Shown: positions 12,860 through 27,009 of the stretch, piece by piece | Numbering within the stretch: position 1 is the stretch's first letter | Layout: each line of letters starts with the position of its first letter | Assembly: GCA_030390025.1 (NCBI GenBank) | Contig: CM059431.1 | Span: forward strand, 145,020,001-145,084,000 | Length of the DNA stretch: 64,000 nucleotides | Direction of reading: 5' to 3' | DNA from: Squalus acanthias | Taxonomy: Eukaryota | Position numbers and translations under genes: made by a program | Notes under the pieces: model-generated | Databases searched by the model: none | What the model saw: only the letters and a program-made list of their open reading frames with translations | Told to the model about the DNA's origin: nothing

Positions 12860-13920
12860 AGTGAATGGAGTAGATTTGGATTTTCAAAAATATTTCGCTT
12901 AGTTGCCACACTAAAGGTTATTACACAAAATGTGTGCTCATGGGATTGGTGGTAACATATTAGTATGGACTGAGGATTGGTTAACGGACATAAAATAGCG
13001 AATAGGAATAAACAGGTAATTTCGGGATAGCAGGCTGTAACTAGTGGGCTGCCGTAAGGATCAGTGCTTGGGCCTCAGCTACTTACAATCTATATTAATG
13101 ATTTAGATGAAGGGCCCGTGTGGAATGTATCCAAGTTTGTTGACGAAACAAAGCTAGATGGAAAAATAAGTTGTGAGGAGGACACAAAGAGGCTGTAAAC
13201 GGCCATAGACAGTTTCAATGACTGAGCAAGAACATGGGAAATGGAATATAACGTGGAGACGTGTAAAGTTATCCACTTTGGTAGGAAACATAGAAAAGCA
13301 GAATGTTTTAAATGGTGAGAAATTGGGAAACGTTAGTGTTCAGAGGGACACGGGTGCCTTGTACACTAATAATAGAAAGTTAACATGCAGGTAAAGCAAT
13401 ACATTAGGACAGCAAATGTTATGTTAGCCTTTATTACAAAATAATTAGAGGATAAGAGTAAAGACGTCTTACTGCAATTATAAAGCGCCTTGGTGAGACC
13501 ACACCTGGAGTACTGTGTACAGTTTTGGTTTCCTTACGTAAGGGAGGATATACTTGCCTCGAGGGAGTGTCACGGAGGCTCACTAGACTGATTCCTGGGT
13601 TGGGGGGATTGCACTATGAGGAGAGATTGAGTAGACGTAGGCCTATATTCCCTACAGTTTAGTAGAATGAGAGGTGTTTTCACTGAAACGTTTACAATTC
13701 TTAATGGTCTTGACAGGGTATGATGCTGGGTGGATGTTCCCCTGGCTGTGGAGTCTGGAACTAGGAATCACCGTCTCAAAATAAGTGCTGGGCCATATAG
13801 GACTGAGATGAGGAGACGTTTCTTCACTCAAAGTTTGTGAATCTTTGGAATTCTCTACCCCAGAGGGCAGTCTATGCTCAATCATTGACTATATTCAAGA
13901 CAGAGATCCATATGTTTTTG
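12860..13920 (+). mobile_element. Degenerate CR1 RT and 3' region
   Basis: ttggattttcaaaaa (LDFQK), ggatcagtgcttgggcct (GSVLGP), ttggtgagaccacacctggagtactgtgtacagttttgg ([13 protein letters not shown]). Confidence 0.9.
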
Positions 13921-14229
13921 GAAAGTCTTGGAAAGGCGAGGTAATCCACTGAGAATCCCATCATTAAAGGATTTGTTCAAGGTGAGAGTCTAACAAGCTT
14001 TTGGGTGCCGCTTGATTTCAGACAAAGGGCTTGACAATTGATGCTGCAATTTGACTGTAGATTCACTGGTATATAAAGCTAGCCCATACCTCACCTGCGA
14101 ATACGTGATGCTTTTATGTACAGGGATTTTTGTCTTGTATTCATACCATGCTGTACGTGAGATGGTGTGCATCACTCTGCGAGGTGAACGAATATACAGT
14201 GAGATTTACATAGTATCTAAATCCCTGTC

Positions 14230-15245
14230 TACCTCATCTGAAAGTGTTTGATTGAACAGTGTCGAGGTAACTTTAATCTGTATGGGTCCCGTGCTGTTCC
14301 TCACCCGTGAGTGTTTTCTGGGACAGTGTCGAGGGAGCATTATTCTGTATCTAGCCCGTGCTGCAACTGCCATGGGAGTGTAAGATGGAAATTTTTTGAG
14401 TAACCTTTACTCTATAGTTAACCCAGAATGTACCTAACGTGGGCGTGTTTGATGGGACAGTGCTGACTGAACTTTAGTCTGTACCTAACTCGTACTATAC
14501 CTGACCTGGGAGTGTTCGAACTCACCGACTATGCTGCACGTGAGATGGTGTGCTTAATTGATCGTGTCAGGTGAGCTGTACGTTGCATTGGCCACAAGCT
14601 GTACCTGAGATGTCAGTACTTGCGAACCACTATAGAGTGAGAATTATACTGTATCTAACCCTGTCTACTTGCAATTCGACTTTTTAATTGGCAGTGTAGA
14701 GGGAGCTATTCTCCTTAACTAACCCAAGCTGTACCTGCGTTGGAGTGTTGATGGGACAGTGTCCAGGGAGCTTTACTTTTTATCTAATCCGTGCTGTACC
14801 TTTCATGTGAGAGTTTGTTGGAACAGCGTCAAGGGAGCTTTATTCTGTATCTGACCCGTGCTTTTCCTGACCTGGGAGTGTTTCTGGGAATTTGTAAAAG
14901 GACCTTTACTCGGTATTTAATATATACTGTGCCACACCTATTTGTGTTTGATGGGACAGTTTAGAGAGAGATTTACACGATATCTAATCCGTGTTGTAGC
15001 TGACCTGGGCGGGTTTGATGGGGCAGTGTAGAGGGAGCTTTACGCAGTATCTAGCCCGTGCTAGATCTGACGTGGGAGTGTTTGATGGGACATTTTAAAG
15101 TGTGCTCTACAGTGTATCTAACCCATGACGTACATGATTTGGTAGTGGTTGATGGGACAGTGTAGATGTAGTTTTACTCTGCATGTATCTCTTGCCGAAC
15201 TGAACTGCGAGTGTTTGATGGGTCAGTGTAGACGGAGCTTTATCT
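14230..15245. repeat. Diverged array of the 67-bp satellite (gggacagtgtagagggagctttactctgtatctaacccgtgctgtacctgccctgggagtgtttgat)
   Basis: Repeated gtttgatgggacagtg and gagctttactctgtatctaacc motifs; same unit as at 21950-22410. Confidence 0.9.
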
Positions 15246-15964
15246 ATTATCGCCCATGATTTCCACTTCAATTATTGCTCCAATGGCCCCACACACTCAT
15301 AGCCCTGATGATCCCCACAATGTGCCTCTGACGCCTCTTCCTGTTACAGGGAATAGACTGGTTTTAGAACACAGAGGTGCTTGTTATATCTTCATTCAAG
15401 CACCAATGCTTCAAACTGCATTTCACTGCCAAGGCAGGAGCGAGACACACTGCCGGATTTATGCGAGGGAGCCTTTGGCGCGCATAAATCAAAACAGGAA
15501 CACAAGAGCCAGTGAATAGTGGGTATTCATATTTGGAGATGTGAGGAGAATGCGTAAGGGGCATTTATGCGCGGTTCTGCTCCCTGCCTGGTATATGAGT
15601 ACATGTATACGGATTTTGAAACGGGACTAAATGTTCAACAATTGTTCATCCCCAGTGAGACTGCGCACCAGGAGCAGAGCATAGTCATGTGATCCTGTGA
15701 CACTTCGACTGGGCGGAGCTCCGGCTGCTTTGTGACATTGTTACTGGCTGCTGTGTGATTGGCGCCTGGCTCCTTTGTGATGTCACATGTTGACATTTTC
15801 CTCCCCTGGTTACGCACCGTCAGTGGTGAGTTACTGTGGGCGGAGCTGGAGTTGGCATCAGATATTGTGAGTGAGTACAGCCCCTATAAATAGGGGCAAA
15901 GAAAAAAACGAACAATTTAATAATAAAGTGAGTAATTCAACCAAATGTCATTAATTGTAATGTT

Positions 15965-17858
15965 TTTATTATTCATTCCTGGGATGTGAGCGTCGCTGGC
16001 AAGGCCAGCATTTATTGCCCATCCCTAATTACTCTTGAGAAGGTGGTGGTGAGCCGCCCTCTTGAACCACTGCAGTCCGTGTGCTAAAGGTACTCCCTCA
16101 GTGCTGTTAGGTAGGGAGTTCCAGGATGTTGACCCGGCGACGATGAAGGAATGGCGATATATTTCCAAGTTAGGATTGTGTGTAACTTGGAGGGGAACTT
16201 GCAGGTGATGGTGTTCCCATGCGCCTGCTGCACTTGTCCTTCTAGGTGGTAGAGGTCGTGGGTTTGGAGGTGCTGCCGAAGAAGCCTTGGCGAGTTGCTG
16301 CAGTGCAACTTGTAGATGGTAAACACCGCAGCCATGGTGTGCTGGTGGTGGAGGGAGTGATAGTTTAAGGTGGTGGATGGAGTGCCAATCAAGCTGGCTG
16401 CTTTGTCCTGGATTGTGTCGAGCTTCTTGAATGTTGTTGGAGCTGCACTCATCCAGGCAATTGGAGAGTATTCCTTCACACTCCTGTCCATGATTGGCCC
16501 AAGTTCTATTGAGGTCAGGAGCCGAGTGTTCCTGGAGGAACCCAAACTGAGCGTCGGTTAGTAGGTTATTGGTGAGAAAGTGCCGCTCGATAGCACTGTC
16601 GACGACATCTTCCATCACTTTGCTGATGATTGAGAGTAGAATGATGTGGCGGGAATTTGCTGGATTGGATTTGTCCTGCTTTTTGTGGACAGGACATACC
16701 TGGGCAGTTTTACAAATTGTCGGGTAGATGCCAGTGTTGTAGCTGTACTGGAACAGCTTGGCTAGAGGCACAGCTAGTTCTGGAGCAGAAGTTTTCAGCA
16801 CGATAGCCAGGATGTTATCAGGCCTCGTAGCCTTTGCTGTATCCAGTACGCTCAGCCGTTTCTTGATATCACGTGGAGTGAGTCGAATTGGCTGAAAACT
16901 GGCTTCTGTGATGGTGGGGACCTCAGGAGCAGGCCGATATGACTCATCCACTCTGCACTTCTGGCTGAAGATTGTTGCAAACGCTTCAGCCTTGTCTTTT
17001 GCACTCGCGTACTGGGTTCCAACATCATTGAGGTTGAGGATATTCATGGAGCCTCCTCCTCCCGTTAGTTGTTTAATTGCCTACCACCATTCACGACTAG
17101 ATGTGGCAGGACTGCAGAGCTTTGATCTGATCCCTTAATTGTGGGATCGCTTAGCTCTGTCTATAGCATGCTGCTAACGCTGTTTAGCATGCATGTAGGG
17201 ATATGCCGGGCCATGAGGTTACAGATTGTGCTGGAATGCAATTCTGCTGCTGCTGATGGCCTACAGCGCCTCATGGATGCCCAGTTTTGAGCAGCTGGCA
17301 CTGTTCTCAATCTATCCTATTTAGCACGGTTATAGTGCCACACAACACAATGGAGGGTGTCCTCAGTGTGAAGACCAGATTTCGTCTCCACAAGGACTGT
17401 TGTCAATGCTGTCATGGACAGATGCATCTGCGACAGGTAGGCTGGTGAGGACGAGTTCAAGTAGATGCATCCTTCGTGGTAGTTATCTCACCAACTGTTG
17501 CAGTCCTAGTCAGGCAGCTACATCCTTCAGGAGTTGCCAGCTCGCTCAGTAGTGGTGCTACCGAGCCACTCTTGGTGATGGACATTCAAATTCCCCACAT
17601 TCTGGGCCATTGCAGCGCTCAGTTCTTCTTCCTAGTGGTGTCCAACGTCATGGGGTCCGGAGTCAATGTTGAGATCTCCCAGGGCCACTCCCTCACGACT
17701 GTATACCACCTCTGGAGGGTCTGTTCTGCCGTGGGACAGGACATACCCAGGTGATTGTGATGGAGGAATCTGGGACATTGGCTGAAAGGCACGACTCTGT
17801 CACTATGTCAGGCTGTTGATTGACTAATACTGGGACAGCTCTCCCAATTTTGGAACTC
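15965..17858 (-). mobile_element. Non-LTR retrotransposon (CR1/L2 group, distinct family), internally deleted
   Basis: ORF 16025-17047 KAEAFATIFSQKC...PVHKKQDKSNPAN...DAQFGF; ORF 16084-16545 KKLDTIQDKAASLI; most of the RT core missing near 16500; same family as 25405-26575. Confidence 0.85.
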
Positions 17859-18394
17859 ATCAGTACAGGATTTCTTCAAAGTTAGATTGTAACAAGCTAT
17901 TAGATGCCGTTTAATTTCTGGTAAAAGGCTCAGCATTTGAGGTGACAATTTGATTATGGAATTTCTGGTATGTAAAGCTAGCCCATACATCACCAGGGCG
18001 TGTGTGATGCTTACAGGACGATTTCCCTGAAAATGTATCAATACCACGTTGTACGTGAGATGGCGTGCTTCATTGGGTAGTGTCAGAGGAGCTGTACGCT
18101 TCATTAACCACATGCTGTATGTGATAAAACAGGAAGCATCAGCAAAGATTATAAGGACGAGGAGCTCCACTGAGAATCGATCAGTACAGGATTTTTTCCA
18201 GGTGAGAATCTGACAAGCTATTGAGTGCCTTGGGCCAGGCCTGAGTTGGCAGCAAATATTGTGAGTGAAGGGCAAGGAAATAAAATAAAGGAAAATATTA
18301 AAGTAAGTAACTCAACCAAATGTAATTAAGTGCAACTTTATTCAACTTAGATATAAAAAATCAAATCAAAAATGGGCCCATTTTATTCTGATTA

Positions 18395-21365
18395 TAAGAA
18401 CATAAGAATTAGGAGCAGGAGTAGGCCATACGGCCCCTCGAGCCTATTCCGCCATTCAATAAGATCTTGCATGATCTTCGACCTCATCCACACTTTCCCG
18501 CCCGATCCCCATAGCCCTTGATTCCCTTAGAGTCCAAAACCTATCGAACTCAGCCTTGAATATACTTAATGACTGAGCATCCACAGCCCTCTGGGGTAGA
18601 GCATTCCAAAGATTCAGAACCCTCAGTGAAGAAATTCCTCCTCATCTCAGTCTTAAATGGCCGACCCCTTATCTTAAGATTCTGACCCCTAGTCAGGACT
18701 CTCCAGCCAGGGAAAAAAAGCATCTCAGCATCTACCCTTTCAAGGATCTCAACATCGTATGTTTCAATTAGATCACCACTCATTCCAGAGAGTATAGTCC
18801 CATTCTGCTCAATCTCTCCTCATAGATCAACCATCTCATCCCAGGAATCAATCTAGTGAAGCTCCGTTGCCTCTCAGTATCCTCCGATTAATTGTGTATT
18901 CCCTTGCCATTGTGCCCCTCCCCAAATGCATTACCTCACACTTTTCCGAATTGAATTCCATTTGCCACTTTTCTGCCCAACTGACCAGTTGATCGATATC
19001 TTCCTGCAGTCTAAAGCTTTCCTCCTCACTGTCAACCTCACGGCCAGTTTTTGTATCATCTGCAAATGTCTTTATCATGCCCGCTCATTAAAATCTAAAT
19101 CATTAATATATATTACAAGAAGTAAGGGACCAAGTACTGAGCCCTGTGGAACCCCACTCGAAACGGCCTTCCAGTCGCAAAAACTCGCCTCAACCATTAC
19201 CCATTGCTTCCTGCCACTGAGGCAATTTTGGATCCAATTTGCCACTCTCCCTTGGATCCCATGGGCTTTAACTTTATTGATCAGCCTGCTATGTGGGACC
19301 TTGTCAAAAGCCTTGCTGAAATCCATGTGGACTTCACAACCGCACTGCCCTCATCGACCTTTCTTCTTACCTCCTCAAAGAATTCAACCAATTAGTCAGA
19401 CACGACCTTCCCTTAACAAAACCATGCTGACTGTCCTTGATTAATCTGTGTCTTTCTAAATGAAGGTTTATACTGTCCCTCAGAATTGATGCCAGTAATT
19501 TGCCCGCCACCGAGATTAAACTAACTGGCCTGTAATTGCTCGGTTTATCCCTTCCTCCTTTTTAAACAATGTTACAACGTTAGCAGTTCTCCAATCCTCT
19601 GACACCACTCCTGTAGCCAGGGAGGATTGGAAAATGATTGTCAGAGCCTCCGCAATTTCCTCCCTTGCTTCTTTTAATAGCCTCGGATATATTTCAGCCG
19701 GCCCTGGCGATTTATCTACTTTCAATGATGCTAAACCCCTTAATACTTCTTCTCTTACTGTGTTTATCCCGTCCAATATTTCACTATTTCTCCTTAACTT
19801 CAACGTCGGCAACGTCCTGCTCTATTGCGAATACAGCTGCAAAGTATTCATTAAGTACCTTCCCCACATCCTCCACCTCTGCACATAGATCACTATTTTG
19901 GTCCCTGATAGGCCCTACTCTTTCCTTAGTTATCCTCTTGCTCGTTATGTAATTATAAAAGATCTTTGGGTTTTCTTTGAATCTACTTGCGAGCATTTTT
20001 TCATGCCCTCTTTTTGCTTTCCTGATTTTCTTCCTAATTTCACCTCTACACTTTCTATACTCTTCTAGGCTTTCTGCAGTATTGAGTTCACAATATCTGA
20101 TATAGGCTTCCCTTTTTTGCCTTAACTTAACCTGTGCGCACCTTGTCATCCAGGCGGCTCTAAGTTTGTCAGTTCTACCCTTTTTCTTTGTGGGAACATG
20201 TTTACCCTGAACTACATGTATCTCCCTCTTGAATGCCTCCCACTGCTCTGACACTGGTTTACCTTCAAGTAACTGTTTCCAGTCCACTTTTACTAAATCA
20301 CTTCTCAACCTATTAAAATTGGCCTTCCCCCAATTTAGAACCCTTACTCATGTTTTTTCTTTGTCTTTATCCATAATTATGCTAAAACTATCTAAATTTT
20401 GATCACGACCACAAAATTGTTCTTGCACTGATGCTCCTTCCACCTGCCCAGCTTCATTCCCTAAAACTAAATCTTGAACTGCTCCCTCCCCCCTACCCTC
20501 TTGTTGGGCTTGCTACGTATGTCTAAACAAAGTTCTCCAGAATGCTTTTTTTATGAATTCCGTGCCCGCTATACCTTTAACACTGGTAATATCCCAGTTA
20601 ATATTGGGGTAATTGAAATCCCCCACTATTACTACCCTATTGTTTTTGCACTTGTCAGAAATGTACACACAAATTTGCTCTTCTATCTCCATCGGACTGT
20701 TTGGGGTTCTATAGTACACTCCCAGCAGTGTGATTGCCCCTTTTTTGTTCTTTAGTTCAAACAATATGTCCTCATTTGATGATCCTTCGAACACATCATC
20801 CCTCCTCACTGCTGTAATTGTCTCTTTAATCAATACTGAGACCCACCCTCCTTTTAAACCCCCTCTCTATCTCGCCTGGAGACCCTGTAAACAGGAATGT
20901 TGAGCTGCCAGTCCTGACCTTCTTTCAGCCATGTCTCAGTAATAACCAAAATATCATAGTACCACCTGTTTATCTGTGCCCTTAGTTCATTTCCCTTATT
21001 TCCTAGACTCCTTGCATTAAAGTATACACCATTTAGCATTGCCAAACTGGATTGTTGTCTATTTCTCAGCACTTGTTTCCTCTGCCTTCCAAACTCGCGT
21101 ACTAATTTACTGGCTTCCATTTCCAACTTTGCTTCTCGCCCTTCTGAAAATACTCTCCTTTTCCCATCCCCGTGCCAAGCTAGTTTAAACCTCCCAACAG
21201 CACGAGCCATCCCCCCCGCCACCCGCCCCCGCCCCCCGCCGAGAGGATATTGATCCTGGCTCTGTTGAGGTGCAACCGTCCGGCTTGTAAAGGTTCCAAC
21301 TCCCCCAGAAACGGTCCCAATGCCTCAGGAATCTAAAGCCCTCCCACCTGCACCATCTCTCCAGC
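18395..21365 (-). mobile_element. Composite CR1: near-complete degenerate ORF2 (EN+RT) plus ORF1 3' end, joined at ~18870 to a CR1 3' tail
   Basis: ORFs 20854-21222 (ITETWL), 20513-20833 (VGDFNYP), 19075-19326 ([19 protein letters not shown]), 18848-19078 (FADDTK); tail ataagaacataagaa at ~18395. Confidence 0.92.
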
Positions 21366-21949
21366 CAATAAAATAGCTTTAAAAAGGACCAGCCAACTGA
21401 GCAACTGTCACCGGATTCACCAGCTCAGCTTCTGACCAGTGAGGGAGAGCGTCAGTGGGACAAGAGGACAACTCCCCATCCGCCATTGAACGGTTTGTAC
21501 GCAAACAATTAACATAAACAAATCCATATAGTTTATGGAATTAATATGAATCATTTTTATATTGACAGTTTCATGGAGTCAGTAGTATCTCAGGAAGGTG
21601 GAGAGAGAGAGAAGTCGAATCATCACCACATTAACTGGGACCGGAGAAATGTCATTAGGTTCTCGGAACAGATCTGGTGGTACCTGGACACTCAGTGTCA
21701 AAGACAGGATAAAACAGGAAGCTTCAGCAATGATTGGCAGGATGAGGATCTTTCCTGAGAATGCAATCAGTCCAGGATTTTGCCGAGCTGAGAGTCGAAC
21801 CCGGTAACGGCAGCTGTTCAACATTTGCCATAAGGCTCGGCCTCTGATGCGGCACTTTGACTGGGGATTCACTCCTGTGTGATTCTTGCCCATAACTCAC
21901 CTGGGAGAGCTTTAAAATTACATGCACGTGAGATTTTATCCTGAAACCG

Positions 21950-22410
21950 TACCGTGCTGTACCTGAGTTAATTTGCTTCATTGGACAGTTTCAGAGGAGC
22001 GTTACGCTGCAATGACCACATGCTGTATCTGAGTTGAAATTTCTTGCGGGACCAAAATATAGCGAGATTTACACTGTATTTAACCCCTGCCGTACCTGCC
22101 CTTGTAGTATTTGACGGGACAGTAGAAAGGAAGCTTAATATCATATCTAACCCGTGCTGTACCAGTCCTGTGATTATATGATGGGCAGTGTAGAGGGAGC
22201 TTTACTCTGTATCTAGCCCGTCCTGTACCTGCCTTGGGAGTATTTGATGGGACAGTGTGGTGGGAGCTTTACTCTGTATCTAGCCCGTCCTGTACCTGTC
22301 CTGGGAGTGTTTGATGGGAGATTGTAGATGGAGCTTTACTCTGTATCTAACCCGTGCTGTACCTGCCCATGGAGGGTTTGATGGGACAGTGTAGAGAGAG
22401 CTTTACTCTG
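21950..22410. repeat. 67-bp satellite, left part
   Basis: Unit starts at 22249, 22316, 22383 (period 67). Confidence 0.92.
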
Positions 22411-24140
22411 GTGAGACTCTAAACAATTATTTTGGATCGGTCTTCACGGTAGAAGACACTAAACACATACCAATAATAATAGATAATCAAGGGGCTATAG
22501 GGAGGGAGGAACTTAAAACAATCTCTATCACTAGAAAAAAGTATTAGTCAAACTAATGGGTCTAAAGGCCGACAAGTCCACTGGACGCGATTGCCTGCAA
22601 CCTAGGGTCTTAAAAGAAGTGGCTGCAGAGATAGTGGATGTGTTGGTTGTAATCTACCAAAATTCCCTGGATTCTGGAGAGTTCCCAGCGGATTGGAAAA
22701 CCGCAAATGTAACGCCACTATTCAAGAAAGGAGGAAGACAGAAAGCAGGAAACTATAGGCCAGTTAGCCTAACATCTGTCATTGGGTAAATGCTGGAATC
22801 CATTATTAAGGTGGTAATAGCAGGACATTTAGAAAATCATAAGACAATCAAGCAGAGTCAACATGTTTTACGAAAGGGAAATCGTGTTTGACAAATTTGC
22901 TAGAGTTCTTTGAGGATGTCACAAACAGGATGGATAAAGGGGAACCAGTAGATGTAGTTTATTTGGATTTCCAGAAGGCATTCGATAAGGTGCCACATAA
23001 AAGGTTACTGCACAAGATGCGAGCGTACGGGGTTGGGGGCAATATATTGGCATGGATAGGAATTGGCTAACTAACAGAAAACAGAGATTCGGGAATAATG
23101 GGTCATTTTCTGGTTGGCAATCAGTAACTGTTGGGGTGCTACAGGGATCAGTGCTGGGGCCGCAACTATTTACAATCTATATTAATGACTTGGATGAAGG
23201 GACCGAGTGTACTGTAGCCAAATTTGCTGATGACACAAAGATAGGTGGGTTACCAAGTTGTGAGGAGGACACAAAGTGTCTGGAAAAAATATACATAGGT
23301 TAAGTGAGTTGGCAAAAATTTGGCAAATGGAGTATAATGTGGGAAAATGTGAGGTTATCGACTTTGGAAGGAAGAATGAAAAAACAAATTATTATTTAAA
23401 TGGAGTGAGACTACAAAATGCTGCGGTACAAAGGGCACATGAAACACAAAAATTTAGCATGCAGGTACAGCAAGTAATTAGGAACGCTAATGCAATGTTG
23501 GCCTTTATTGCAAGGGATATGGAGTATACAAGTAGGAAAGTTTTGATGCAACTTCACAGGGCGCTGGTGAGACCGCACCTGGAGTACTGCATACAGTTTT
23601 GGTCTCCATATTTATGGAAGGATATACTTGCATTGGAGGCAGTGTAGAGAAGGTTCACTCAATTGATTCCTGGGATGAAGGGGTTGACGTATGACGAAAT
23701 TTGGAGCAGGTTGGGCCTATACTCATTGGAGGTTAGAAGGATGAGAGGTGACCATATTGAAACATATAAGATTCTGAGGGGGATTGACAGGGTGGATGCT
23801 GAGATGATGTTTCACCTAGTGGGGGTATCTTGAACTAGGGGGCATAGTTTCAGAATAAGTGGTCGCCCATTTAAGACGGAGATGAGGTGGAATTTCTTCT
23901 CTCAGAGTATCGTGAACCTTTGGAATTCTCTACATCAGAGAGCTGTGGAGGCGGAGACATTGAATATACTCAAGGCAGAGATTGAAATACATTTGAACTG
24001 CAAGGGAATCAAGGGGTATGGGGATAGAGCGGGAAAGTGGTGTGTAGGCCAAGATTGGATCAGCCGTGATCTTATTGAATGGCGGACAGGCTCGAGGGGC
24101 CGATTGGATACTACTGCTCCTGTTTCTGATGTTTTCCTTA
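22410..24140 (+). mobile_element. 5'-truncated CR1 inserted in the 67-bp satellite
   Basis: ORFs 22556-23647 with [35 protein letters not shown]; 3' UTR to ~24140. Confidence 0.93.
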
Positions 24141-24352
24141 TGTATCTACCTCGTGCTGTACCTGCCCCAGGAGTGTTCGATGGGACAGTGAAGATGGAGC
24201 TTTACTCTTTATCTAACCCGTGCTTCACCTGCCCTCGGAGTGTTTGAGCAGAGATTGTAGATGGAGCTTTACTCTGCATCTAACCCGTCCTGTACCTGCC
24301 CTCGGAGTGTTTGAGCGGAGATTGTAGATGGAGCTTTGCTCTGTATCTAACC
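24141..24352. repeat. 67-bp satellite, right part
   Basis: Resumes tgtatct...gtgctgtacctgccc after the CR1. Confidence 0.9.
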
Positions 24353-24384
24353 ACTTCTGATACAGAACAACGGGTATTATCCCG

Positions 24385-25400
24385 TTTTCAGATGATACAC
24401 TTGGAAAAGTAGATGATAGTGATGAGGATAGGTATAGTCGTCAGGGTGACATAGCAAGGATGGTGCGATGGGAAGAAGCCTGGCAGAGAAGTGCGGAGAA
24501 GTGTGAAGTGATGCACTTTGGGAAGACTAAAATTGAAAGACAGTGTGCTATAAATGGCTCAGTGACAGGAAGCCAATGGTGGAAGTGAATGGATGTTTTT
24601 TCAGACTGGGGCGAGGGCAGGGGGGTGGGATAGCTGTCCATGGTGTTCATCAAGCGTCAATTTGGGTCTTCAACTATTCACCACATTTATTAATGACTCA
24701 TTGTACAAAGGATCATCCACTTTGGAAGCAAGTAAGATAATTCGGAGTATTTTCTAAATGATGGGAAGATATTAACTTGAGGAGCAAAGAGGTTTGTGAG
24801 TCCCAGTTCACAAATCATTAAAAACTAGTAGACATGTACAAAAATGTGTTTGATAAAGTCCGGCATAAGAGAAAGTTAGCTAACTTGATGCTCGTGGAAT
24901 TGAAGGCAAATTATTGTCCTGGTTAGGAAATTGGTTGAGTGACAGGATTCAGAGTGTACAGATAATGGGCAGGTACTTCAGTTGACAGGATATGACTAGT
25001 GGTGTCCCGAGGGTTCTGTGTTGGGCCTCACCTATTCACCGTATTTATTAACGACTTAGATGATGAGATTGAGAGCCACATATCCAAGTTGGATGATGAC
25101 ACAGATAGGCGGCATTATAAGCAGTGTAGATGGAAGCATAACATTACATCGAGATATTAATAGATTAAGTGAATGGGCAAAATTGTGGCAACTGGATTTA
25201 AGTATTGAGGAAGGTTGTATTAGCTTTGGAGATATTAAGGTGAACTAATAGGGGAGATATAAAGAAACAATTTCTGATGGTTGTGAAGTCTAGGACTAGA
25301 GGACAAATCCTCAAAAATTAGAGCCAGGAGTGAAGTTAGGAAACAATTCGACGTGTAAAGGGTGGTAGAAAGTTGGAAATTCTTTTGGCAAATGGCAGTT
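24385..25400 (+). mobile_element. Patchwork of old CR1 RT fragments
   Basis: aagtgtgaagtgatgcactttggg (KCEVMHFG), tttgataaagtc, actagtggtgtccc, gatgacacacag, in non-colinear order. Confidence 0.7.
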
Positions 25401-25404
25401 TTTC

Positions 25405-26575
25405 AGAGGTGAGGTGAGAGTGACTGTCCTTGACATCAAGGCAGCATTTGACCGAGTGTGGCATTAACGGGCACTAGTAAAATTAAAGTCGATGGTAATC
25501 AGGGGTAAAACTCTTCACTTGTTGGAGTCATATCGAGCACAAAGGAAGATGGTTGTGGCTGCTGGAGACCAATCATTTCAGCCCCAGGACAGCGCTGCAG
25601 ATGATCCTCAGGGCAGTGTCCTAGCACCAATCATCTTCAGCTGCTTCATCAATGACCGTCCCTCCATCATAAGGTCACAAGTGGGGATGTTCGCTGATGA
25701 CTGCAGTGTTCAGCGCCATTCACAACACCTCAGATAATGAAGCAGTCCATACCCGCATGCAAAAAGACCTGGTAGACATTCAGGGTTGTGTTGATAAGTG
25801 GCAAGTAATATTCGCGCCACACAAGTGCCAGGCAATGACTACCTCCAATAAGCAAGATTCTAACCACGGTTTCTTGAAATTCAACATGATTACTGTCGCC
25901 GAATCCCTGACCATCTACATCCTGGGGGTTACCATTGACCAGAAACTAAACTGGACCAGCCACTTAAATGCTGTGGCTACAAGAGCAGGTCAGAGGCTGG
26001 CTATTTCTGCGGCATGTGTCTCACCTCCTTACTCCCCAAAGCCTTTCCACCATCTACAAGGCAGAAGTCAGGAGTGTTGTGGAATACTTTCCACGTGCCG
26101 GGACGGGTACCACTCCAACAACACTCAAGAAGCTCGACACCATCCAGGACAAAGCAGCCCGATTGATTGCCACCCTATCCACCACCTTAAGCGTTCACTC
26201 CCTGTAACACCGGCGCTCCTGCAGTGTGTATCATCTACAAGATGCACTGCAGCAACTTGCCAAGGCTTCTTCGAAAGCACCTCCTAAACCTGCGACCTCT
26301 ACAACCTAGAAGGACAAGGGCAGCAGGTGCATGGGGACACCATCACCTCCAAGTTCCCTCCATGTCACATATGATCCTGACTTGGAAATATATCACCGTT
26401 CCTCCATCGTTGCTGGGACAAAATCCTGGAAATCCCTTCCTAACATCAATGTGGGAGTACCTTCACCAGACGGACTGCAGCAGTTCAAGAAGGTGGCTCA
26501 CCAAGGGGCATTACGAATAGGAATTAAATGTTGGCCTTGCCAGCGACGCCCACATAACAAGAATGAAGAAAAGAA
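25405..26575 (+). mobile_element. 5'-truncated LINE, same family as 15965-17858
   Basis: LDIKAAFDRVWH, PQGSVLAP, MFADDC (ORF 25492-25737), LGVTIDQKLNW, KKLDTIQDKAARLI. Confidence 0.9.
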
Positions 26576-27009
26576 GTGTTATTGGTAAAGATTAAAAAAA
26601 TTAATAAATAGTTATTTTTTAACTTTTTCTTTTGTCTCTTGTAACTTTCCCTCTCTCCTAATCACATCTTTGTTTTGTCTCTTTATTTCGCACTTTGTAC
26701 GTGATTGGTCACTGAATTAACTATTCTGGAATACACTTTCTGGTTCAGATCCTGAGAGCCTCGTTAAGGATTCTTTAATCTGATTGGTTGAGGAGATGCA
26801 CAGTTGCTTGTCCTGTTCATCCGGGTCCCAGATCCCCTGTAGAGGGCGCCGCTGTTTTGGATTTCTAATCACCGCGACTTCCAGAGCAAAAGCCCGGAGA
26901 AATTTTGTTGTCAAGAGGAAGTGTAATGAACGGCGAGCGCCGTCAGTTCACTGCTGACTGCAAAATACAGGCCAAAATTTAGGACAGACGACCAAACCTT
27001 GATCACGCT

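Noticed and set aside
21546..21758. Faint resemblance of NWDRR...WWYLDTQC to an MHC class I alpha-2 helix
   Set aside because: Few matching residues, no other MHC exons, and the related copies support a different reading frame
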